NCBI GenBank assembly: GCA_963931605.1
Contig: OZ007031.1
Location: 913,332 to 977,331 of the forward strand
Length of the DNA stretch: 64,000 nucleotides
Reading direction: 5' to 3'
Source: an uncultured Coriobacteriaceae bacterium
Lineage (GTDB): Bacteria; Actinomycetota; Coriobacteriia; Coriobacteriales; Coriobacteriaceae
Below are positions 15,090 to 22,975 of the stretch, in pieces. Both the position numbers and the translations under genes were made by a program. Position 1 is the first letter of the stretch, and every line of letters starts with the position of its first letter. The notes beneath the pieces were generated by a model. That model made no database searches and was not told where the DNA came from. It saw nothing but the letters and a program-made list of their open reading frames with translations.

Positions 15090-16106
15090 TTAGAAGAACG
15101 TGTCCGTGGAGTTGAGCGCGGAGTGGTCGAGACCGTCGGCGCCGGTTGAGGAGGTGCCCGCAGCGTCCGTGTCCGCGGAAGAGCCGCCCGCGGCGCCGGT
15201 GCCCTCATCGCTCTCGGCGTCTGAGCTCAGCGCTGCGTCCTCGTCGTCGCTCTCCTCGGAGATCACCACGCCGGCAACCTCCATGCCCGAAAGGTCGGTC
15301 GGCAGGTCGCCGAACCACGCGGTGCGCACCGCGTCGAGCACGCCGTTGGACGCGAGGGTGGAAAGCGCGCCGGAAACCGCCTCGGCAAGCTCCGCGTTGC
15401 CCGCGGCGACCGCCGCCACAACCTCGGACGGCGCGCCAAGCGTGCCGACAAGCGCCACGTCGTCGTAGGCGCGGGTGAGGTAGCCGCCCGCGCTGGCGTT
15501 GCACACGGCGTAGTCAACCTGGCCGGACTCCAGCGCCGACAGGCACTCGTTCACGTTGGAGCAGCTCATCTCGGTGTAGGTGACGTTTGAGCGCTCGAGC
15601 TGCTGCTGGGAGGCCGAGCCGTCCTGCACGGCGATGCGCGCGCCCGAGAGGCTCTCGGCCGAGACCTCGGCGCCAGCCTCGCCGGTCGTCCGCGCGAACA
15701 CGCCCATGGCCTCGGTGAAGACGGAGCCGGTGGAGACGGTGTCGTCGGGAAGGGCGTCGGCCTCGGCGCCGAGGTACACGTCGGCCGTGCCTTCGGCAAC
15801 GTCAGAGGGCGAGGCGTTCATCACCGAAGCGGAGAGTCCCAGCTCGGAGGCAAGGGCACGGGCAACGTCGGCCGTGTAGCCCGACGGGTTGCCCTCGGCG
15901 TCGAGCATGCCCATGGGAGCGGACGCCGTGTTCACCGCGACGGTGAGCGTGTCGGGCTCGACCAGCGCCGCAGAAGAGACCTGCGCGGTGCGCGGCTGGG
16001 AGGTTTTCTCGGAAAGGGGCGGCGTGGAAAGCGCGCAGGCGCTGAGCCCAACCAGCGCGAGCACCGCGCAGCACCCGGCGACAAAGCACGCGACCCAACG
16101 TTTCAT
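15090..16106 (-). CDS. lipoprotein, family-3 (amino-acid type) ABC substrate-binding protein with acidic low-complexity C-terminus, 338 aa
   Basis: Signal peptide plus lipobox LVGLSAC. An SBP_bac_3-like core is present (DTLTVAVNTASAPMGM, NPSGYTADVARAL, IAVQDGSASQ). GGAGG RBS before ATG 16106. Confidence 0.75.
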   Translation of the reverse strand: MKRWVACFVAGCCAVLALVGLSACALSTPPLSEKTSQPRTAQVSSAALVEPDTLTVAVNTASAPMGMLDAEGNPSGYTADVARALASELGLSASVMNASPSDVAEGTADVYLGAEADALPDDTVSTGSVFTEAMGVFARTTGEAGAEVSAESLSGARIAVQDGSASQQQLERSNVTYTEMSCSNVNECLSALESGQVDYAVCNASAGGYLTRAYDDVALVGTLGAPSEVVAAVAAGNAELAEAVSGALSTLASNGVLDAVRTAWFGDLPTDLSGMEVAGVVISEESDDEDAALSSDAESDEGTGAAGGSSADTDAAGTSSTGADGLDHSALNSTDTFF

Positions 16107-16544
16107 GGAGCCTCCCCCTCGTTGCAAGCTATATGGTTCCCCCCAGCTGACCTGGTCTTTGCCCCCACACTTGCGCACCGGGGCGTTTGCTCGGGCCGCC
16201 GCGGCGGCCTTCACGACTAACCCGCTCGCCCGCGGGGCAACGTGCCCCAGAGGTGGTATACGGACGGTGCGACTTACTCCTAGGACGCGCCATGATCGCG
16301 CGGCGCGCACGCCGTCGCTTACGTGGACCCTTTCGGCCGCGTCTGCCTTGGGATTGAACAGGCCTCGCGCAAGGGAGCGCGCCAACGGGCACCGTACCCG
16401 CGTGCGTGCGTCTTGCACCTATTCGCAACCACAGACCTGGGAGGAACGTGCGGCAGTATAACAAGAAGAAGCCTAACCGTAAACCTGAACTTGAATGTTT
16501 TGGACAAACGAACAGAGAGGCCGCGTCAGCCGACATGCCGACGC

Positions 16545-17165
16545 GGTGCAAGCGGGCGAAAAGGGGTGTTCACGCAGGGGCGCGCGGGCGAGAAGGGTGT
16601 TCATGCAGGGGGCGCGCGGGCGAGAAGGGTGCTCGTATGAGAGCGCGCGGGCGAAAAGAGCGTTCATACGAAAAGCGTGGGCGAGAAGAACGAGGCGCAT
16701 GGGCGAAAGGAGCGTTCATACGAGCGCTGTGGGCGACAATTGCGTTCATACGACAAGCGTGGGCGAAAAGGACGTTCGTACGGACGCGGTTTTGTCGGCT
16801 AAGCCTTCGCACGGTATTTTTATACCGCAATGCGACCAGCTAGCGGGGAGGCGCATGCCGTAGTGCCGCCCCTACGGGCAACTCCAGTCGTATGATTGCT
16901 TTTCTCGCCCATGCCTGTCGTATGAGTGTTGTTTTCGCCCATACCCGTCGTATGAATGCCTTTTTCGCCCACGCGGTTCGTATGGACGTTGTTTTCGCCC
17001 GGCAGGTCCGTACGAATGGTGATTTCGCCCACGAAGCTCGTATAAGTGCTGTTTTCGCCTGCTTGGTTCGTATGAGCCGTTATTGTCGCCCGCGTGGTTC
17101 GCATGGATGATGATATCGCCCACGGAACTTGCCACGAGGCTCGCACGCACGCTCTTTTCGCCTGG
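16545..17165. repeat. mirror repeat block C: 8 + 8 units of ~30 bp (GGGCGAAAA-N6-TCATACG-N8 and its reverse complement)
   Basis: Left units start at 16554, 16586, 16618, 16649, 16679, 16701, 16731, 16761. Right units start at 16889, 16919, 16949, 16979, 17009, 17039, 17069, 17100. Confidence 0.9.
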
Positions 17166-17398
17166 AAGCGTCCGCTCCCCCGCCCCGCGCGCGCAGCAAA
17201 TGCTGCCGCACGCTCTCTACCTGGAGCTGTCGTATAAACGCAACAGGTGCCCCCGCGGAGAAACGCTCGGTCGCCTCCAGCCTGCCCGTACGGGTGAGAA
17301 CGACGGCACCCCATAGGCGTTTTGCGCATATCGGCAGCGCGCGCACCGGGCCGAACGCACCGCAGCTATACTGAACGCATCCTCCTCCCGCGTCCCGC

Positions 17399-18304
17399 AT
17401 GTCGGGAGGGATCTGCATGTACGCCGCATCCAGCTGCAACCGAATACCCGCTGCCGAACAGACACCTACCGTCGCCGGGATATCCGCCGATGTCGGGATA
17501 CCCACCGGCGCCGGTATACCCACCGCCAACTGGACATCCACCGCATGCGACCCAAGCGTTTCGGCCACCGCAGGCACCCATGGCGATACCCGCGGCCTGG
17601 GCGCACGCCTGAGAAACGCCGCGCTCGAGCTGTTGAGCCCCACGCGCTGCATCGGCTGCGAGAAGCCCGGGGAGCTCATCTGCGCGGAGTGCCTGGAGCG
17701 CATCGAATGGATCGACGCGGCAACGGCCTGCCTTGCGTGCGGCGCGCCCTTTGGGTCGGTCACCTGCACCGAATGCCGCGGCGCCCCCAGCGCCCTTGCC
17801 TGGTGCCTCGCCTGCGCCTCGTACGAAGAGCCGCTCCCCAGCCTCATCCGTGGCTACAAAGACGGCGGCGAGCGGCGCTTGGCCGAGGTAATCGCCGAGA
17901 TGATGGCGGCGCGCTACCTCAGCGCGTGGCGCGACGCAGGCACGCGCCTTGCCGGCTGCGTGCCAGAGGCGATCGTGTTTGTGCCGGCAACGCGCGCGGC
18001 CTTTCGCCGCCGCGGGTTCGACCACATGGAGGCGGTGGCGCGCGGACTTGCCGCCTATGTGGGCCTGCCGCTTGCCGACGCGCTTGCCAAGCGCGGGCGC
18101 GCAGACCAGCGCGAGGCCGGCCGCGCGGGGCGCCTCGCGCAGGCGCAGGGCGTCTACCAGGTGGTGCGAGACGTGCGCGGCGCGCGCCTCCTGCTTATCG
18201 ACGACGTGATAACCACCGGCGCCACCATGAACGCCGCCGCGGGCGCGCTTGTTGCCGCGGGAGCCGCGCAGGTGGCGGGCTTGGCGCTCGCCCGCGTGTG
18301 GTAA
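17399..18304 (+). CDS. comF: ComF-family protein (phosphoribosyltransferase domain); start codon uncertain
   Basis: Zinc-finger-like CIGCEKPGELICAECL...CLACGAPFGSVTCTEC and PRTase motif LLLIDDVITTGATM. The first ~60 codons contain 3 x 18-bp tandem repeats and may not be translated. Confidence 0.8.
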   Translation: MSGGICMYAASSCNRIPAAEQTPTVAGISADVGIPTGAGIPTANWTSTACDPSVSATAGTHGDTRGLGARLRNAALELLSPTRCIGCEKPGELICAECLERIEWIDAATACLACGAPFGSVTCTECRGAPSALAWCLACASYEEPLPSLIRGYKDGGERRLAEVIAEMMAARYLSAWRDAGTRLAGCVPEAIVFVPATRAAFRRRGFDHMEAVARGLAAYVGLPLADALAKRGRADQREAGRAGRLAQAQGVYQVVRDVRGARLLLIDDVITTGATMNAAAGALVAAGAAQVAGLALARVW

Positions 18305-18343
18305 CGCAAGGTGCAGGCCGTGCGCCGCCGCGGGCGCCCTCCC

Positions 18344-19909
18344 CTACTCGGGTAGCACGATCGTGAACACCGTGTGCTCGGCGTCGGACGCGCACGAGAT
18401 GGTGCCGCCGTGCGCAGTGACGATCTCCTTGGCGATGGCCAGGCCCAGCCCCGCGCCGCCGCGGTTGGTGGCGCGCGCCGCGTCCAGACGGTAGAACTTC
18501 TCGAAGATCACGTCCAGCTTGGCCTTAGGGATGGGATCGCCTTGGTTCTCGAAGCGGATCACGCAGCTGTGGTCCTCGGCGCGCTTCTCGGCCTCAACGC
18601 GGATGGCGGTGCCCTCGTAGCTGTAGGCGATGGCGTTTTTCATCACGTTGTTGAACACGCGGGCCATCTTGTCGCCGTCGACCAGCACGGTGAGCCCCAG
18701 CGGCACGGACAGCTCCACGGTCTTGCGCTGCTCGGCGAGGGTGGGATAGAACTCTTCGGCCACCTGGGCGAGCATGAGGTTCAGGTCGACGTAACCGCGC
18801 GTGAGCACGATGTCGTGGAAGTCGAAGCGCGTGATGTCGAAGAACTCCTCGATAAGCGCGTCCAAGCGGTGCGCTTTGTCCAGCGCGATGCCCGTGAAGC
18901 GCACGCGCTGCTCGGCCGGCAGGTCGGGCGCCTCGTTGAGCAGCGAGAGGTAGCCCACCACGCTTGCCAGCGGCGTCTTGAGGTCGTGCGCGAGGTAGGT
19001 CACCAAGTCGTCCTTGCGGCGCGACTCGTCGCGCAGCGCCTGCTCGCTCATGCGCTCGCGCGCGCGGACGCGGTTGAGGGCGGCCTCGACCTCCAAGAAG
19101 TCGCTGTCCAGGTCGCCCCAGTCGTTCGGGTTCTCGATGAGGCGACTCACCAGGTGCTCGGCAATGGCGGAGTCGGCCTCGGCCTGGCCGGCGGCAACGC
19201 CGCGGCGGTACATGTCGCGCGCGAGGAAGAACAACCCGCACACCGCCAGGCACACCACGAAGCCCAAGAACACGAACACCCAGCGAATGTCAAGGTAGAC
19301 GAGGGGAAACGCCGAGTAGATCATGCCGCCGGCGAGCATGGTGAGCCCCCAGGCGGTCCCGCCGATGATGACGGCGTGGCGCACGTCGATGAAGCGGTCG
19401 ATCAGCACGTAACCGCCGAACAGCACCGCCACCAGCAACAGGAAGCTCTCGCTCAGAAGCGTGAACGTCAAAACGAGCAGCACGACAAAGGCGGCCAGGC
19501 GGCTGTTGAACAGCGTGCGCAGCCAGTCCGGAGCGGCGGCACGGCCAGGGCCGGCAGCGCGGTGAAGTGGCGCGGCGGCGGCATCGGGCGCATAGCCGTC
19601 GGACGACGCAGGCGAGAAGGGTGCGCCCGCGGCTCCGGCGCCCGCCGCATGTGAGGACGCGCCTGTGGCAGCGTTTGCCGAGCGAGCTGACGGGGCGGCG
19701 GAAGATGCCGGGGAGCCGGCCGTCGCGCGGCCGCCGTAGCTGGTGCTCTTATCCCCCGCCGCATACGCCCGCACCTCGATGGTGCGCGCAGGATCGGCAG
19801 GGTCGGGCGAGCCGGGCGCGTTCGGCCGACCGGTCAGCGGGTTCACCGGCGTGCGCAGCGGATCCGTCTGCTGCACGGCATCCCATACATGCGGCTTTCT
19901 GATCTTCAC
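18344..19909 (-). CDS. sensor histidine kinase, VanS-like, with ~130-aa Ala/Pro/Gly-rich N-terminal extension, 521 aa
   Basis: H-box YLAHDLKTPLASVVGYLSLL, N-box ARVFNNVMKNAIAYS, G-boxes RATNRGGAGLGLAIAKEI. As I recall it, the block order closely resembles enterococcal VanS. GTG start with AAGGAG 6 nt upstream. Confidence 0.88.
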   Translation of the reverse strand: MKIRKPHVWDAVQQTDPLRTPVNPLTGRPNAPGSPDPADPARTIEVRAYAAGDKSTSYGGRATAGSPASSAAPSARSANAATGASSHAAGAGAAGAPFSPASSDGYAPDAAAAPLHRAAGPGRAAAPDWLRTLFNSRLAAFVVLLVLTFTLLSESFLLLVAVLFGGYVLIDRFIDVRHAVIIGGTAWGLTMLAGGMIYSAFPLVYLDIRWVFVFLGFVVCLAVCGLFFLARDMYRRGVAAGQAEADSAIAEHLVSRLIENPNDWGDLDSDFLEVEAALNRVRARERMSEQALRDESRRKDDLVTYLAHDLKTPLASVVGYLSLLNEAPDLPAEQRVRFTGIALDKAHRLDALIEEFFDITRFDFHDIVLTRGYVDLNLMLAQVAEEFYPTLAEQRKTVELSVPLGLTVLVDGDKMARVFNNVMKNAIAYSYEGTAIRVEAEKRAEDHSCVIRFENQGDPIPKAKLDVIFEKFYRLDAARATNRGGAGLGLAIAKEIVTAHGGTISCASDAEHTVFTIVLPE

Positions 19910-20009
19910 GGGCTGCTCCTTCGTCCTTGATTGCGTACCAGTATACGAAGGCGTGCGGACACGATTCCCGAAAGAGTTACTTAAGTTGGCACGGCGGCTT
20001 GACGGCGCC

Positions 20010-20430
20010 GGCGCGCGCCTGCCGGTTGCCCGCGGAAACTACGACCAGGGCAGGCGGCTCCTTCGGTTGCCCGCGGAAAAGTCGCGCAAGCTTTTGGTCG
20101 GTTGCGAGAACATCGATCAGGCCCTCGGCTGGTCGCGAAAATGACGGCTAGAGCCGGTGGTCCCCCTTCGGCTGGTCGCGGAAGCGTCGTGCAGAACTTT
20201 GGTTGGTCGCCGTTTCGACATTGCCGGAACAGTTAGTCGCTCCCACGACAGCTAACTCCCAGAAATCCGGGAGTTGCATGCAGCCCGAACGACCAAACGG
20301 GATTTACCTGCGATTATCGCGATCAACCGGAGGCCTCGATGCCGTTAGCGCAACCAACTGGAGCTTGCGCGCCACCATCGCGGCCAACCGCAGCGCGAAC
20401 ACCGTTAGCGCGGCAAGCGCGAGCTGAATC
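20010..20430. repeat. mirror repeat block D between response-regulator and kinase genes: GGTTGGTCGC-type units, dyad core, then GCGACCAAC-type units
   Basis: Left units lie at about 20022, 20063, 20094, 20127, 20169, 20200, 20230. The dyad CTCCCAGAAATCCGGGAG is at 20255-20272. Right units lie at about 20285, 20315, 20344, 20367. Confidence 0.8.
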
Positions 20431-20436
20431 TCCGCC

Positions 20437-21135
20437 CTACCCCTCGATGGTGTAGCCGACGCCCCAGATGTTCTTGATGAAGCGCGGGTTCTGAGCGTCG
20501 TCACCCAGCTTCTCGCGCAGGTGGCGGATGTGCACCATCACCGTGTTGTTGGAGCTCGGCAGAAACTCCTCTTTCCACACCGCGCGGAACAGGTCCTCCA
20601 CCGCCACCACCTTGCCGCGGTTGTCGGCCAGGTACAGCAGGATCGCGTACTCCAGCGGCGTGAGGCGCACGGGCTTCTCGTCCACGGTGACCTGGCGCGA
20701 GTCGCGGTTGATGGTCAGCCCGTCGATGGAGATGACCGCCGCGTCCTCGCCGTTGGCCCGGTTGCCGTAGCTGGTGTAGCGCCTGAGCTGCGCTTTTACG
20801 CGCGCCACAAGCTCGAGCGGGCGGAAGGGCTTCACCACGTAGTCGTCTGCGCCAAGTGACAGTCCCTCGATCTTGTCGGTCTGGGAGTCGCGCGCGGTGA
20901 GCATGATGACAGGATAGGTGTGGTCGGCGCGGATGGAGCGCAGGAGCTCGAAGCCATCAATGTCGGGCAGCATCACGTCGAGAACCGCCAGGTCGAACTC
21001 TTGGGCGAGAATCTCGCGCAGAGCGTCGGCGCCGGTGTAGGCAAGCGTCACGGCATAGCCCTCGTTTTTGAGGTAGATGCCCACCAGGTCGGTAATGGCC
21101 TTCTCGTCGTCGACCACCAGGATACGCGTTTCCAT
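20437..21135 (-). CDS. OmpR/PhoB-type response regulator, VanR-like, 232 aa
   Basis: Receiver motifs LVVDDE, LAVLDVMLPDIDG and VVKPF. Winged-helix C-terminus LTPLEYAILLYL, VMVHIRHLREKL, GVGYTIE. Confidence 0.92.
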   Translation of the reverse strand: METRILVVDDEKAITDLVGIYLKNEGYAVTLAYTGADALREILAQEFDLAVLDVMLPDIDGFELLRSIRADHTYPVIMLTARDSQTDKIEGLSLGADDYVVKPFRPLELVARVKAQLRRYTSYGNRANGEDAAVISIDGLTINRDSRQVTVDEKPVRLTPLEYAILLYLADNRGKVVAVEDLFRAVWKEEFLPSSNNTVMVHIRHLREKLGDDAQNPRFIKNIWGVGYTIEG

Positions 21136-21312
21136 GCCGTTCCCTTCCAGACTTCCCGCACCTCACGCGCCATGCTCGGCGCCCCGGGCCGGCGTGCGCG
21201 CCTGCGGCAGGCGCGGCCGATCCACGCGCCGCGCATGGCGCGCAGCGACGTTGAGCACACCGCCCCTCATTATGACCGAACGGCGCGCAGCGTGCGCGCG
21301 AGGGGCGCAGCC

Positions 21313-22809
21313 TTAAGAACTTTTAAGTGACGGGCGCCACGGCAAGTCGGCGGCGCGCCAGCCTGCCCAGGCGAGAAGCACCCCGACCGCAAGCAACCCC
21401 GCAAGCGACAGCGGAACGACCCCCACGAGGTACCCCGAGAGGTTGAGCGCGAGGTGCAGTCCGATGCACGGGCCCAGGCGCCGGTAGCGGCGGTACACCA
21501 CGCCCAGCACCAACCCGGAGGCGAACGCATAGGCGCCCTGCACGAAGTTGCCGTGAAGCACGCCGAACATCAGCGCCTGCAGCACGTTGGCAGCCCAGAA
21601 CCTGCCGGTGGCCTTCTCGGCAAACGTGAGGCCGAGCCCGCGGCAGAACAGCTCCTCGGAGATCGGCGCGCCGATAACCGAGGTCAGAATGGGGATCAGG
21701 GCAACGTCGGAGAGGTCGCCGGCGTTTACCGAGGTGGAATAGCTTTTCATGAGGTCGGGCACGAGCGGCAGCAGGGCCGTGAGCGCCACTGCGAGCACGA
21801 ACTGGAAACCGACGCCCAAGGCGAGGATGCCCGCTGCGTTGCGGCAGCTCACCTGCGCGCGCCGCGCAGGGTCGCGGTGGCGGCGCTCGATGTAGCGCCA
21901 CCAGGGCAGGGCGATCAGGATCGAGATGATCTGACCGGCGGCCAGCGCGCAGGACATGCTGCCGGCCAGGTACGACGCGAGCTCGCGCGCACCGGCGGCC
22001 AGCGCCAAACCAGCGCCCGCAGCGGCGGCAAACGCGCCGGCGAGCTGCGCGCCCACGAGGATGAACGGCAGCGCGAGGAAAAGCAGGAACCAGCCGATGC
22101 GCTTGCCCCAGGTGAGACGCGCCATAAACCGAGCGGCGCGCGGCGCTGCCGAGGATGCCCGCGGAGGCTGGGGAGCAGAGGCGGACCCCGGAGCGTCGCT
22201 TGCGAGGCGGGAGTCCGGCTCTGCCGACGCGCGGTCGACCGGCTCGTTCGGCGCTTCGGAAGCTGGCTCCTCAGTCAGAGAGGCGGCGACCGTGACGGGG
22301 CTTTGAGCATCCGGTGCGGGAGCATCGGCAAGCGCAAGCACGCCCGGGGCGTCAGCACCGACGCCGGAGCCGAGACTCACGATGCGGGAAGCGTCGCCTA
22401 AGCCAACGGCGCTTTCAAAACCGGCCTGCTCTACGCCGGCCCCGGCGGCGATGCTTGCGAGCGAGGGCCCCAGCACCGCTACGGAAGCAGGAGCCGCAGC
22501 TTCTTCTGAGGCGGTCGGCAGCGCTTCGGCATCATCGCAGACAGATGCCTCGGCTTCGTCACAGGCGGGCGCATCAACGGCCGCACCAGTCTCACCGGAA
22601 CCACATGGGTCGGCTTCACCGCGATCAGCCTCGTCGGCCTCACAACGGCCGTGCGCGTCAACGCGGTCGCGCTCATCCGCGCAGCCGCGCTGCTCGGCCC
22701 CGTCGGCAGCCAACTCGGGCTCCGCCTCGTGAGCGGCGGCGTCTCTCGCGTTGCGAGGTTCATCTTGGGAAGCCTCAAGGGCGTCCTTCTTGCTTACGTC
22801 GTCGCCCAT
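21313..22809 (-). CDS. CPBP-family intramembrane glutamic endopeptidase (CAAX protease/Abi-like) with ~230-aa acidic low-complexity N-terminus, 498 aa
   Basis: Motifs EELFCRG, FGVLH and HLALN occur in a polytopic membrane C-terminal half. GGAGG RBS before ATG 22809. Confidence 0.8.
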   Translation of the reverse strand: MGDDVSKKDALEASQDEPRNARDAAAHEAEPELAADGAEQRGCADERDRVDAHGRCEADEADRGEADPCGSGETGAAVDAPACDEAEASVCDDAEALPTASEEAAAPASVAVLGPSLASIAAGAGVEQAGFESAVGLGDASRIVSLGSGVGADAPGVLALADAPAPDAQSPVTVAASLTEEPASEAPNEPVDRASAEPDSRLASDAPGSASAPQPPRASSAAPRAARFMARLTWGKRIGWFLLFLALPFILVGAQLAGAFAAAAGAGLALAAGARELASYLAGSMSCALAAGQIISILIALPWWRYIERRHRDPARRAQVSCRNAAGILALGVGFQFVLAVALTALLPLVPDLMKSYSTSVNAGDLSDVALIPILTSVIGAPISEELFCRGLGLTFAEKATGRFWAANVLQALMFGVLHGNFVQGAYAFASGLVLGVVYRRYRRLGPCIGLHLALNLSGYLVGVVPLSLAGLLAVGVLLAWAGWRAADLPWRPSLKSS

Positions 22810-22975
22810 AGCGCCTCCCCAACGTTTTCAGCCACCGCTGCCACGATCTTCTCGCCCTATAGTACTCCGGATGCCCGCGCGCGGAAAACGTCTGCGCGCA
22901 CCATCTCTATCAGGTTCCTTTTAAAACCTTGCCTGATCTTGCCACCACGCCTTGCCAAGCCGGGCTACGTCGGCG

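Noticed and set aside
16545-17165. CRISPR array interpretation of block C (and of blocks A, B, D, E)
   Set aside because: The conserved parts are only 7-16 nt and degenerate. The variable parts are 6-45 nt and partly similar to each other. The arrays occur as mirrored arms, and no cas genes or leader are in the window.
16820-17329. Decapeptide-repeat protein (HTxxxGExxx) encoded by the 30-bp repeats (track ORFs 16892-17110 +, 16820-17329 -, 16495-16863 +)
   Set aside because: Only the right arm keeps a 30-bp (in-frame) phase. Left-arm units are 22-32 bp and break every frame. There is no RBS at the ORF starts, and several frames are open simultaneously, as in GC noise.
18344-21135. Vancomycin-resistance operon
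   Set aside because: Only the VanR/VanS-like regulatory pair is present. No vanH, vanA/B or vanX-type genes were seen in any frame nearby.
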